Shown one piece after another: positions 1 to 11,216 of a stretch of 64,000 bases of DNA. Numbering within the stretch: position 1 is the stretch's first letter; each line of letters begins with the position of its first letter. The DNA lies in the NCBI GenBank assembly GCA_944320495.1, contig CALUHR010000003.1, positions 64,001 to 128,000 of the forward strand, given 5' to 3'. Source of the DNA: Candidatus Methanomethylophilaceae archaeon. Its GTDB lineage: Archaea > Thermoplasmatota > Thermoplasmata > Methanomassiliicoccales > Methanomethylophilaceae. Below the pieces are notes generated by a model, which did not search any database, was not told the DNA's origin, and saw only the letters and a program-made list of their open reading frames with translations. Made by a program: the position numbers and the translations under genes.

Positions 1-1
1 G

Positions 2-3000
2 ACCCAGATGTTCGACGGATGGAGGGTCAACGGCCAGGGGGACATACTCAGGTCTGGTGACACGTTCACCGTCACCGGACCCACCGACCTGGTCCCCGCG
101 CTGAGGGACCGCCAGACCTACAAGGTCACATACCTGGCGGACGGACAGCCCTTCTTCGAGGACACCGCGTACGAGGACCTCCAGTACACCGTCACCGACA
201 GGTTCCCGGACAACGAGACCCGCAAGTTCATCGGATGGCTGGGTACGTTCTCCGACGACATGCTGAGCGCGGGGGACACCCTCGACATCGATTCCGACAT
301 CACCCTGTCCGCCGCCTGGAGGGACAGGATCCAGTTCAAGGTCACATACACCGCCGACGACGGGGAGTTCCTGACCGGCACCGCCTACGACGGCTACCCG
401 TACACCATCATGGAGGGGGTCCCCGAGAGGGAGGACAAGATCTTCGACGGATGGCAGACCCCCGACGGGGATGTAGTCTGGGCGGGAGAGACCATCGACG
501 TGGGCGAGGCCACGGAGCTGAAGGCGACCTGGAGGGACAGGACCCCCTACGATGTCGTCTATGTGACGGAGGACGGGGAGGTCTGCAGGGAGACCGCCTA
601 CGAGGGCATCCCGTATCCGGTGACCCAGACGGTACCGGAGAAGGAGGACGGTATCTTCGTCGCATGGTAGGATGCCGACGGCAACCAGCACACGGCCGGG
701 GAGATGATCGACATCGCCGGCGACTGCCAGATGACCGCCGTTTGGCGCGAGAGGACCGAGTTCACCGTGACCTTCATGGCCGAGGGCTCCGAGTTCACAA
801 AGGCCACGGCCTATGAGGGACTGGACTTCACCATCGATGCGGGCATCCCCACCGGGGAGGGCATCTTCACTTACTGGCTCATGGACGGATCGGAGGAGCA
901 CCTCAACGACGGCAGCATCCTAAGGCTCGACGGGGACACCGTCCTCACCGCGCAGTGGAGGGACAGGACCGAGTACAAGGTGACCTATGTGGCCGACGGC
1001 GTCATCGTCGACGTCGACACCGCATACGAGCAATTGGACTACGAGATCGGCTCCATCATACCGACAGCCGAGGACAGGATCTTCACCCACTGGCACATCG
1101 AAGGCGAGGAGGAGCAGCTGGACTCCGGGGACAGCATCTCTGTCAACGGAGACATCAGACTCATCGCCGAATGGAGGGACAGGGAGAGGTACGCAGTCAC
1201 CTTCGTGGCCGACGGCGAGACCATACACACGGCCACCGCCTACGAACAGATCCCCTTCGAGATTCCCGAACTGGACATCCAGAAGGATGGCATGGTCTTC
1301 GACGGCTGGAGCTGCGGAGACGCGAACTACCACACCGACGACGAGATAGACGTCACCGGACCCGTGACGCTCACCGCCGAATGGCGCGAGATCGTCAAGC
1401 ACACCGTCATAATCGTCGATTCCGAGGGCGAGGAGCACCGCTACACCGTCGAGGAGGGTCAGAGCCTCACCATCGACCTCGATGAGCCCACAGACCCTGA
1501 CAGGGTGTTCCTCGGCTGGAAGGTCGAGGGGTCCGACACCCTGTACCGCAACGGTGACCAGGTCCCCGTGAGCGGGGACATGATCCTCAGCGAGGAGTGG
1601 AGGGACCGCTACACCTTCGACGTCACCTACGTGACTGCTGACGGCACCTTCCGCGAGGACACCGCCCGCGAGGGGTACGAGTACGCCATCATTCAGGATG
1701 TCCCGGTCAACGGGGACCACATCTTCGACGGATGGACCGCGGACGGACTCGGATCCGCGCTGTTCGGCGGAGAGAAGGTTGAGCTCGACGGCGACACGAC
1801 CTTCACGGCTCAGTGGAGGGAGCGCGAATCCTACGACGTCACCTACGTGACCTCCGACGGCACCTTCCGCGAGGATACGGCAGTCGAAGGCATGCCCTAC
1901 GAGATCATCGACGACATCCCGACCTCCGAGGATTCCGTCTTCGTCGGCTGGGAGATCGACGGAAGCGACGGCACGCTCGTCGGAGGAGATTCCGTCACCA
2001 TAGACTGCGACACCGTCCTCACCGCGCAGTGGAGGGACAGGTACCAGTATGGTGTCGTCTACGTCACGGATGACGGCGAGATCCTCAGGGAGACGGTCTA
2101 CGAGGGAATCCCCTACATCGTCGCCGACACCGTCCCGGAGAGGGAGGACGGGATCTTCGTCGCCTGGAGCGACGATGACAGGAACCAGCACACAGCAGGC
2201 GATTCCATCATCGTCGACGGCGAGTGCCAGCTCACCGCAGTATGGCGCGACAGGGCCGAGTACTCCGTGACCTTCAAGGCCGGCGATTCGGAATTCCTCG
2301 TGACCACCGCCTACGAGGGGCTGGACTTCACCATCGACGCCGGCATCCCCACGGGAGAGGGCATCTTCACCTACTGGCTCATGGAGGGCTCCGACGAGCA
2401 GCTCGAGGACGGCGACGTCCTGAGGCTCGACAGGGACGTCGTGCTCACCGCCCAGTGGAGGGAGCGCCAGACCTTCGACGTCGTCTACGTCTCCGACGGG
2501 GAGGAGCTCCTCAGAGAGACCGCCTACGAGGGGATTCCATACAAGATCGCAGACACCACCCCCGAATCCGAGAGCGGCATCTTCGTCGCCTGGCAGGATG
2601 CCGACGGCGACCAGCACACCGCGGGAGACTCCATGGACGTCTCCGCCGAGTGCACCCTGACCGCCGTATGGCGCGAGAGGTCGGAGTACACCGTCACCTT
2701 CGTCTCCGACAGAGAGACCGTAAGCACGGACACCGCCATCGAGGGCGTGCCCTACGAGATCCCCGAACTCGATCTCGAGAAGGACGGCATGGTGTTCGTC
2801 TCCTGGAGCTACGATGACCAGAACTACTCCGCCGGAGACGAGATCGACGTCTCTGGCCCTATCACCCTGACCGCCGTGTGGCGCGAGATCGCCGAGCACA
2901 CGGTCGTGTTCGTCGATACCGAGGGCAACGAGCACTATGTCACCGTCGAGGACGGCGAGAGCCTGACCATCGACATCGAGGAGCCCTCGGATTCCGACAG

Positions 3001-5578
3001 GATCTTCCTCGGCTGGAGCGTGAACGGCTCCGACGAGCTTGTACACGCGGGAGACGAGATCACCGTCGACGGGGACCTGACCCTGAACGAAGTGTGGAGG
3101 GACCGTTACACGTTCACCGTCACCTACATGATGGAGGATGGCACCTTCCTCGAGGATACAGCGGTCGAAGGTATCCCCTACACGATCGTCGACGACATCC
3201 CGGTCTCTGAGACTTGCATCTTCGACGGGTGGATGATGGACGGACGTGATTCCGCCCTCTCCGGAGGGGAGGAACTCGTCCTCGACGACGACACCACCTT
3301 CACGGCGCAGTGGAGGGAGCGCGAGACCTACGACGTGGTCTACATGTCCGAAGGCTCGGAGTTCCACAGGGACACCGCGTACGAGGGCATCCCCTACACG
3401 ATCGCAGACGATGTTCCGATCTCCGAGACCGCGACCTTCGCCGGCTGGGCCGCCGACGCATACGGCGTCCTCCGCGCCGGCGATGAGATCACGGTGGACG
3501 GGGACACTGTCCTCACCGCCGAATGGACACCTCTGATGGGATTCACCGTCATCTACATGTCGGACGGCGAGACGGTCGCCGTGGACAGCGCCTTCGAGGG
3601 AGTCCCCTATCAGATCATCGAGCTACAGCCCGAGAACGGTGAGCGCATCTTCGTCGGATGGGCGCTCGGGGAGCAGGTCCTCGCATACGGAGACAGCATC
3701 GACGTCACTGAGAACCTCGTCCTCGACGCCGTCTGGAGGGAAAGGGAGACCTACACCCTGACCTTCGTGTCCGAAGGTGCGGAGTTCATGACCACTCAGG
3801 CCGTGGAGGGCATCCTCTTCACGATCGGTGCGGAGATCCCCGAGAACGGCGACATGGTCTTCGACGGATGGATCGTCGACGGGACAGACGTCATCCTCCG
3901 CGAGAGGGACGGCTTCATCCCCGAGGGAGATACCGTGCTGACGGCGAAGTGGAGGGACTCGTCATGCTTCACGGTCACCTACGTGACCGATGACGGCACC
4001 GTCCTGACGGACACCGCCAGGGAGGGCGAGCCCTACACTGTGGAGCACTGGAACCCCGCCGATTCGGACATGATCTTCACCGGCTGGAGGGTCGGCGGAG
4101 AGGGCGAGATCCTCAACGCTGGCGACACCATCGATGTGACCGGCGATATCACCCTCGTGGCCTCCTGGCGCGAGAGGGGAGACATCTCAGTCACCTACGT
4201 CGTCGACGGAGACACGTACATGGTCGGCACCGCCACAGAGGGCGTGCCGTACCAGATCGAGGATTGGGTTCCCTCGGACATCAATGGTATCTTCGTCGGA
4301 TGGTCATTGGCCGGTTCCGATGTCACGCTCGTCCACGGGGACAGCATGACTCTCGCCGAGGACGCCGTACTCGAGGCGGTCTGGAGGGAGAGGCTGCAGT
4401 ACGATGTCACCTTCGCGGTCGACGGGGAGACGTTCCTCACAGGAGTAGCCACCGAGGGGCTCCCGTTCGAGATCCCCGAGGGCGTTCCCGAGAGGCAGGA
4501 CGCCGTCTTCGACGGCTGGATGCTCGGAGAGCAGAGGCTGTACGCCGGCGATTCCGTCGTCCTGACAGGGGACACCGTCCTGGAGGCATCCTGGCGCGAC
4601 AGGATAGAGTACACCGTGACCTACGTCTCCGGCGACGAGGAGATCCTCGTCGGCACCGCCTACGAGGGGCTCCCGTACACTATCGATTCGACGATCCCCA
4701 CGGACGGGACGATGCTGTTCACCGGATGGTCCCTCGACGGCGACGTCCTCGAGAGAGGGGACGTCATCACCGTCGAAGGCGACATCACCCTCACCGCGAA
4801 CTGGAGGGCGAAGGAGACGTTCACCCTCACGTACGTGGTGGACGGCAGCGTCATCGGCTCTGTTCTGACGGTGCTCGAAGCCACGTCGGTGACCGTGGAC
4901 ATGAGTGTGTCTTCGCCGTGGGCGGAGTTCCTCGGATGGAGCGACGGCCACGACCTGTACCCCGTAGGCTCGCAGTACGTGGTCACCGCCGACACCGTCC
5001 TCCACGCGATGTGGGGCGAGAAGACCCCGTCGTGCCCGGAGGATCCTGACGACGGAGATGATCCGAAGGAGCCGGAGACCCCCGGAGAGGACGAGACCCC
5101 CGATGAGGAGGAACCCGACACCGATGACAGGGAGCCAGAGACTCCCAGCACGGACGACGACAGTAACGATCCTGCCGTCGATGATGGGGACCACTCCCAC
5201 ACCGGAACGACCGGCGGAAGCACCGGAGGCTCCGGAAGCACCGGCGACTGTCCCTCCGACAGGCCCTCGACCGGACCGGAGACGCCTTCGGACGATGATT
5301 CCGAGAGACCCTCCGATGAGCCTTCCGACGAGCCCTCCGGCGACGATCCCGTCCCGGAGGACCCGGACGACGGCACCGACGAGACGCCTGACGACACGGA
5401 CGACACCCAGGGACCGAGCGATCAGGACCCCGAGGACGACGGAGGAAACGTCTCCGACATCACCCAGACGACCACCGATAACAGCGACGAGGGCGGCATA
5501 GCCGTCCCGGCCGCCATTGCGGCGGCCGTCGCCGCCGTCGTGGTCTGCATGCTGCTGGTCGTCGCCAGGCGTAGCTGA
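2..5578 (+). CDS. Giant surface adhesin-like protein (5' part outside window) with many ~70-aa Listeria-Bacteroides/Flg_new (InlB B-type) repeats, an acidic Pro/Asp linker and a C-terminal TM anchor; reads through an in-frame TAG at 668-670
   Basis: ORFs 8..670 and 704..5578 share a frame and are separated only by TAG plus 11 sense codons. Repeat signature F.GW...G..I.V.GD.TLTA.WRER recurs throughout. The protein ends in AIAAAVAAVVVCMLLVVARRS. Confidence 0.85.
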
Positions 5579-5602
5579 AATATAGGCCAGAGACCTAGAG
5601 TC

Positions 5603-7549
5603 ATGGGAGTGAACATGGGCGCGATACGTCTCGGAAAGAACCACCTCAGATGGTGCCGCAAGTGCAACCTGCCGATACTGGAAACCAAGGAGTGTCCGGT
5701 CTGCGGATCGGCCACCGAGGAGATCGTGCTCACGCCGTCCGGCGACGCCAGGCCGGCGTTCCCCCATGACGTAAACATGATAAGGGGCCTGCTGGACAGG
5801 GACTACGGCGAGGGTGCAGGGAGGGCCGTCCTCCCGGAGAACCACGTCGTGATCCTCAGCAAGGCCCCGGCCCTGGACCGCATGGACGAGGTCGTGGTGG
5901 ACGGCGACATAGTCGCCACCGTCCGCTACGACATGGGCTCCGGATGGAAGGCCATCCTCAGGCTCCAGGGCGCCTACCGCCTCGGGAAGGCGGCCACCAA
6001 GGGATGGGTCATCTGCGACCCCGGCGCGGTGAAGTTCGTACAGGAGAGCAAGAACCTCATGGCCCCCGGCGTGGTCGACGCCGACCCTGACATAAAAGAG
6101 GGCGACGAGGTCCTCGTCATGACCGCCGACAGGACCGTCGTGTCCACCGGCATGGCCAGGATGGACGGGCCCACGATGGTGAAGGAGGACCACGGCGTCG
6201 CCGTCAAGACCAGGTGGTACAAACCCGAGGAGTTCAGACCCTCGGACGTGGAGCACTCCTGGGACGATGTCGTGGAGGCCAACCGCGCGGTGATGCAGAA
6301 GCGCATCGACGAGGCCGTCGGCTTCATCAGGAACACCATCGCCAAGAACGACCTGCCCGCCATCGTGTCGTTCTCCGGAGGGAAGGACAGCCTGTCCACG
6401 CTCCTGCTTACGATCGACGCGGGACTCGATCTCCCCGTACTGTTCGTGGACACCGGGCTGGAGATGAACGAGACCGTCCAGCACGTCCACGACGTGTGCG
6501 AGAGGCACCACCTCAAGCTGATCGAGGAGAAGGCCCCCGCCGACGCGTTCTTCGGCAACCTGGTGTACTTCGGCCCGCCCGCGAAGGATTACAGGTGGTG
6601 CTGCAAGACCAACAAGCTCGGCCCCACCGTCGGGGCGATCACCAAGAACTTCCCGGACGGGGTGCTCTCGTTCATCGGCCAGAGGAAGTACGAGTCCGAG
6701 GCCAGGAACGCCAAGCCGCGTGTGTGGAGGAACCCCTGGACCCCGGGTCAGCTCGGAGCGTCCCCGATCCAGAACTGGTGCGCCATGCACGTTTGGCTGT
6801 ACATCTTCATGCGCGGGGAGCCGTTCAACGTGTGGTACGCCCGCGGGCTGGACCGCATAGGATGCTTCATGTGCCCCGCGTCGGACCTGGCGGAGTTCGA
6901 CCTGATAGCAGGGCAGAGCGACCGCTGGGCCCAGTGGGACGGGTACCTCGACAAGTACATGGAGGACCGCGGGCTCCCGCCGGAGTGGAAGGAGTTCGGC
7001 CTCTGGAGATGGAAGGATGCGCCGAAGTCCATCAGGGAGGAGGTCAGCAGGGTCACCGGCAAGGGCGTCTCGGAGCTCACGAAGCAGACCAAGACGCCGG
7101 AGACCGGACCCCTCACGATCAGGGTGCAGGACGGCTACAGCCCCTGCACCATGGGATACAGCATCGAGGCGGCCCTGTCCAGGCCGATAGACCTCGAGAA
7201 GGTGAAGCCCTTCTGCCACGCGCTGGCGTGGCAGGTGGACATGGACCCCGACGGCGAGTACATCACCGCCGGGTTCATGACGATCTACCGCGAGGGCTCG
7301 ATCATATCGAAGGCGAACGTGGAGAACGACGCCAGGACGAACATAGACCACGCGTTCCAGTGCATCGTCCGCGCCGAGCAGTGCGTCGGCTGCGGGCTCT
7401 GCGCCGCGAGGTGCGACCCCAAGGCGCTGTACATGGAGGACGGCAAGGTCAAGATCCACGAGGACGACTGCATCTTCTGCAGGGACTGCTTCGGACCCTG
7501 CCCGTCCGTGGACTTCGTGAGGGACAACAAGGAGGGATTCGAACAGTGA
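5603..7549 (+). CDS. Phosphoadenosine-phosphosulfate reductase family protein with PUA domain and C-terminal 4Fe-4S ferredoxin domain (start may be 5615)
   Basis: N-terminal WCRKCN Zn-ribbon, PUA-like MAPGVVDAD, PP-loop SFSGGKDS, YRWCCK, RIGCFMCP, and two CxxCxxCxxxC motifs at the C-terminus. Confidence 0.85.
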   Translation: MGVNMGAIRLGKNHLRWCRKCNLPILETKECPVCGSATEEIVLTPSGDARPAFPHDVNMIRGLLDRDYGEGAGRAVLPENHVVILSKAPALDRMDEVVVDGDIVATVRYDMGSGWKAILRLQGAYRLGKAATKGWVICDPGAVKFVQESKNLMAPGVVDADPDIKEGDEVLVMTADRTVVSTGMARMDGPTMVKEDHGVAVKTRWYKPEEFRPSDVEHSWDDVVEANRAVMQKRIDEAVGFIRNTIAKNDLPAIVSFSGGKDSLSTLLLTIDAGLDLPVLFVDTGLEMNETVQHVHDVCERHHLKLIEEKAPADAFFGNLVYFGPPAKDYRWCCKTNKLGPTVGAITKNFPDGVLSFIGQRKYESEARNAKPRVWRNPWTPGQLGASPIQNWCAMHVWLYIFMRGEPFNVWYARGLDRIGCFMCPASDLAEFDLIAGQSDRWAQWDGYLDKYMEDRGLPPEWKEFGLWRWKDAPKSIREEVSRVTGKGVSELTKQTKTPETGPLTIRVQDGYSPCTMGYSIEAALSRPIDLEKVKPFCHALAWQVDMDPDGEYITAGFMTIYREGSIISKANVENDARTNIDHAFQCIVRAEQCVGCGLCAARCDPKALYMEDGKVKIHEDDCIFCRDCFGPCPSVDFVRDNKEGFEQ

Positions 7550-8217
7550 CGATCGACTACGAGATAGACCCGGACGACCTGGCGGTCGCCATGGAGGAGG
7601 ACCCCGCCATCGTCAACGAGGAGGACGCCAGTAGGTTCCACACCGGACTGCAGGCCGTCAGCATGTACAGGCTGAGCCACAGGCTCTGGATGGAGGGAAG
7701 GAAGATGGAGGCCCGCGAGGTGAACTTCGTGGCGCACCAGCTCACCGGATGCGACATACACCCGGGGGCGACCATCGGCAAGAGGTTCTTCATCGACCAT
7801 GCGACCGGCGTGGTGATCGGGGAGACCGCGATAATCGGCGACAACGTGTCCCTGTATCAGGGCGTCACCCTCGGAGGTGTCTCGACCAACAAGGGCAAGA
7901 GGCACCCGACCGTGGGGAACCACGTGGTCGTGGGATGCAACGCATCCGTGCTCGGGGACATCACCATCGGGAACAACGTGCGCATCGGCGCCGGTTCCGT
8001 GGTGCTGAAGGACGTTCCGGACGACTGCACCGTCGTCGGCGTTCCCGGCAGGATCGTCAGGAAGGCCGGCCTGAAGACTGACGACTGCGACAGCGACCTG
8101 AGGCACAACGACCTGCCCGACCCGATCAGGGACAAGATGTCCTCCATGGAGGGTGAGATCGCCGCCCTGAGGGCGGAGGTCGCAGCGCTGCAGAGGTTGC
8201 TGAAGGAAAAGGAATGA
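7546..8217 (+). CDS. cysE: Serine O-acetyltransferase
   Basis: GTG start overlaps the upstream TGA (GTGA). Motifs TGCDIHPGATIGKRFFIDHATGVVIGETA and LYQGVTLGG...KRHPTVG. This is the 3' third of ORF 6214..8217. Confidence 0.92.
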   Translation: MTIDYEIDPDDLAVAMEEDPAIVNEEDASRFHTGLQAVSMYRLSHRLWMEGRKMEAREVNFVAHQLTGCDIHPGATIGKRFFIDHATGVVIGETAIIGDNVSLYQGVTLGGVSTNKGKRHPTVGNHVVVGCNASVLGDITIGNNVRIGAGSVVLKDVPDDCTVVGVPGRIVRKAGLKTDDCDSDLRHNDLPDPIRDKMSSMEGEIAALRAEVAALQRLLKEKE

Positions 8218-8221
8218 GAAC

Positions 8222-8244
8222 GCCGGCGGGTCGTATCCCCGCCG
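8222..8244. terminator. GC-rich stem-loop between convergent cysE and wHTH genes
   Basis: ccggcggg-tcgtatc-cccgccgg inverted repeat. Terminator function is inferred. Confidence 0.4.
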
Positions 8245-8334
8245 GATCATCCCGCATCTGCGATACGGGTCCGAAACGATTTTCAGATTCTGGGCCGCCC
8301 CTCCCGGGACGGCCCGAAGTTGGTTTGCAAGAGC

Positions 8335-8610
8335 TCAGCTCTCGACGTTCATGGCCTTACCGACCTCGATGAGCGCATCGACCGTGCGCCTGCCGGAGTC
8401 GGTGAGGTAGAAGCGGCGCATCATCCTGTCATCCACGCCCTCGGCGCGGATGAGGCCACCCTCGGCCAGGGTGTCCAGCTTCCCGGGCATGCCCTGGGCG
8501 TGGGAGACCTCGCGGTAGATGTCCGTCTTCATGCATCCCTCGTTCTTGGCGATGTACAGGAGGATCGAGATCATGTGCCTCTCCTCCAGCATGCGAAGCT
8601 CGTTCATCAT
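8335..8610 (-). CDS. Small winged-helix (HxlR/MarR-like) transcriptional regulator
   Basis: 91 aa with pattern ISILLYI...KTDIY...KLDTL...GLI...FYLTDSGRR. ATGA overlap with the upstream gene. Confidence 0.7.
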   Translation of the reverse strand: MMNELRMLEERHMISILLYIAKNEGCMKTDIYREVSHAQGMPGKLDTLAEGGLIRAEGVDDRMMRRFYLTDSGRRTVDALIEVGKAMNVES

Positions 8611-9902
8611 ATCCTACCTCTCATGTACCATACTGCGACGATCGCGACGATGACCACAATGATGACCACGACGATCCACAGCGGGAATCCGCCGTCGTCG
8701 GCGGGCTCCTTGGGCTCGTCGGGTTCGTCGATGCCTCCGGGGTCGAGAATGGGCGTCACTTCACCATCGATGTTTACGACCGTGTTGGTGCTGATACCCG
8801 AAAGCGTGTAGATGCCCTCGGCAAAACTGATGCTGCCCCTATTGGATGTCACATCGGCATCGCCCCTGAGCACATAACCGTCGGTGACGTTCACCTGGAA
8901 CGACACGCTACGGTCGCCTTGACTGACAACGGTGTATTCGAGACCGACGGTGGTATTGAACGTGACCGTGTAGACACGATCGATATGGATTGTCGATGAC
9001 CCTCCACCGGCGACCTCGGTCTGCCCGGAGATCGTCACGGTCGTGTCGGAATCTATGTCGCTGAGGGTGTAGACACCATTCGAGGAGGAGATAACCCCTC
9101 CGTCCGATGTTACCTCTATGTCACCTATAAGATTGAAACCCCCGACCACGTTCACCATGAACGTCACACTATCGCCTGTCTGACCGATGACCCTGTACTC
9201 CAGACCCCGGTCCGTCTCGAACAGGACAAGATGGTTCTGCACCTCAACGGGCGGATTGTCGGGCCCCTCTGTCCCCTGAGAAGTCCACTTGGCGTAGACC
9301 GTCAGATCATCGTAAATCGGATTCTTCGTGTTAAGATTCTGGCTGAATCCCGTGTCCGTATACCATCCAGCGAACTCGTAACCGACCTTCTCCGGTGCTA
9401 CATAGGGCTCCAGGAAATGGTCGTCTCCGACCTTGACAACGGTCTTGTTGGTGATCGTCTGACGGTCAAAGACATAGGATCCATCCATGAACACAATCTC
9501 GATCTCCCCCTCCGATCCGAAGACGTGAAGTGGCGTCAGATAGAGAGTCATGGCATCGCTCTCATCAGGATCGATGGTGGAAGTCACAGTCTGTACTACC
9601 TTGACTGAATCTATACTCTCGTCTGAGAGATCCAGAGTCACCGAGAACTCATTCTCGTGGTATTGGTCTGCACCTATCGGGGAACCGCTCTTATCATAGA
9701 ACGAGACGACCCAGTCGACGGTCCTGTCAGTCTGCACTCCGCTGTATCTCAGCGTCGGGTGGTCCCCGTAGCAGTAGTAGTACTCGGACTCCCCTTCACT
9801 CCCAGAGTCGCCGACGTCGGCATCCGCTTCCGCGGATGCGAGGAACGGCAGGCATAACAGCACGAGAGCGACGGGAATCACTATCCTCAGTATGTCTTTC
9901 AT
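8607..9902 (-). CDS. Membrane-anchored surface protein with InlB-B/Flg_new repeat
   Basis: Signal peptide, PEKVGYEFAGWYTD...DDLTVYAKW repeat, two internal beta-sandwich-like repeats, and a C-terminal TM helix followed by RGR. Confidence 0.8.
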   Translation of the reverse strand: MKDILRIVIPVALVLLCLPFLASAEADADVGDSGSEGESEYYYCYGDHPTLRYSGVQTDRTVDWVVSFYDKSGSPIGADQYHENEFSVTLDLSDESIDSVKVVQTVTSTIDPDESDAMTLYLTPLHVFGSEGEIEIVFMDGSYVFDRQTITNKTVVKVGDDHFLEPYVAPEKVGYEFAGWYTDTGFSQNLNTKNPIYDDLTVYAKWTSQGTEGPDNPPVEVQNHLVLFETDRGLEYRVIGQTGDSVTFMVNVVGGFNLIGDIEVTSDGGVISSSNGVYTLSDIDSDTTVTISGQTEVAGGGSSTIHIDRVYTVTFNTTVGLEYTVVSQGDRSVSFQVNVTDGYVLRGDADVTSNRGSISFAEGIYTLSGISTNTVVNIDGEVTPILDPGGIDEPDEPKEPADDGGFPLWIVVVIIVVIVAIVAVWYMRGRI

Positions 9903-9943
9903 CTTTCATCCTCCAGCAATGAAGGGGGCCGAGCCCCCTGTTT

Positions 9944-11128
9944 TCAGGCGCCTTCTATCACGACACCCGCCTGTATGGCATCGATATCCGATACGACGTT
10001 CAGCACTACGTAGTCCTGATTGCTCACGCCGTCGAGGATGTAGGAGACACAGATCCTGTACTGACCGATACCGCCCGTAGGAACCTCCATGTTATCGGTA
10101 TAGCTGGTATAGCGGTCACCGTCATCGCCGATGATCCTGACACCGACGACATCCAGCGATGACTCGGAGTCAACTGGAATGGAGACACTGAGCTTCACTG
10201 TGCTGCCCTGCTGTGCGGTGTATGTGTTACCCCCCTCGGTGGGCTCTTTGAAGTTGGTAGATTCACTGGTGAGGGCAATCGTCACATCCGTTTCTGTAGC
10301 CTCTTTGTTGGAAATTGTAAGGGAGTACTCCGTGACGGTTCCACTGGAGTCGGTAGCGTAGACTGCAACAGTTACTGTGTTATTGTTACCGTCAGCGATC
10401 TTCTCCGTCATCATGCCGGACACGATGCCGTCAGGAGACATGGAAAGCCCCTGAGGGAGTCTGACAGCATACCAGCTCATGTCTGCTGGAACATCAGTAG
10501 GAGACTCTCCGTCTACCTGGATCTTCTGGTAGAACGGAATGCCTACAGGGACCTTCATTTCGACGAGGGATATAGCCTGAGTCTGACCCTTTACAGTCAC
10601 ATCGATGACACCATAGACGGAGGGAACAACGTAGTTACTAGAGCCTGTGGTAACGGAACACTTGATTCCGAAGACGCCAGACGTAGCACCATCTGTGGCA
10701 GTGATGCGGAGGATGTACGTTCCGAGATCCTCCGTCTTCTCCATCTTGAATTTCAGGGCATCATTCTGGAAGGATACACCATTGTTATCCGTTATTGCAT
10801 TGGCCGCCTCCAGAGAGGTACCTGCCTGAATAGTCCTCTTCGCCAGGATATCGTTTTCTCCGCTGAAGTCATAGGTGTATGGGCCCTCGCTACCAGTGGC
10901 CTGGGCGATCTCCCATGTGAGGGTGTATCCCAGAGGGAGATACTCCGCCTCGGAGACCTTCAGCATGACCACGGCATCGCTGCCGCCTTTGATCACATCT
11001 ACTTCGACGTTTCCGAGCGCCGGATCCTCAATTGTATCGGCATCCGAGCCCTGAATCGCCATGGCTCCGGCAAGGGCGGCGGCCACCATGACCGTCACCG
11101 CGACAAGAGCCACAATTTTGCTGTTCAT
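9944..11128 (-). CDS. Secreted protein with a putative Ig (He_PIG-like) domain
   Basis: Signal peptide, LPQGLSMSPDGIVSG motif, GGTGA Shine-Dalgarno 4 nt upstream of the ATG. Confidence 0.7.
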   Translation of the reverse strand: MNSKIVALVAVTVMVAAALAGAMAIQGSDADTIEDPALGNVEVDVIKGGSDAVVMLKVSEAEYLPLGYTLTWEIAQATGSEGPYTYDFSGENDILAKRTIQAGTSLEAANAITDNNGVSFQNDALKFKMEKTEDLGTYILRITATDGATSGVFGIKCSVTTGSSNYVVPSVYGVIDVTVKGQTQAISLVEMKVPVGIPFYQKIQVDGESPTDVPADMSWYAVRLPQGLSMSPDGIVSGMMTEKIADGNNNTVTVAVYATDSSGTVTEYSLTISNKEATETDVTIALTSESTNFKEPTEGGNTYTAQQGSTVKLSVSIPVDSESSLDVVGVRIIGDDGDRYTSYTDNMEVPTGGIGQYRICVSYILDGVSNQDYVVLNVVSDIDAIQAGVVIEGA

Positions 11129-11216
11129 TCTATCACCTTGTTGCTTGGCCCCGAGATCGCCTCATCAGCGGACTCGAGCCGAAGTTGTTTCATGGGATCC
11201 TCGGCTGCGACAGCAA

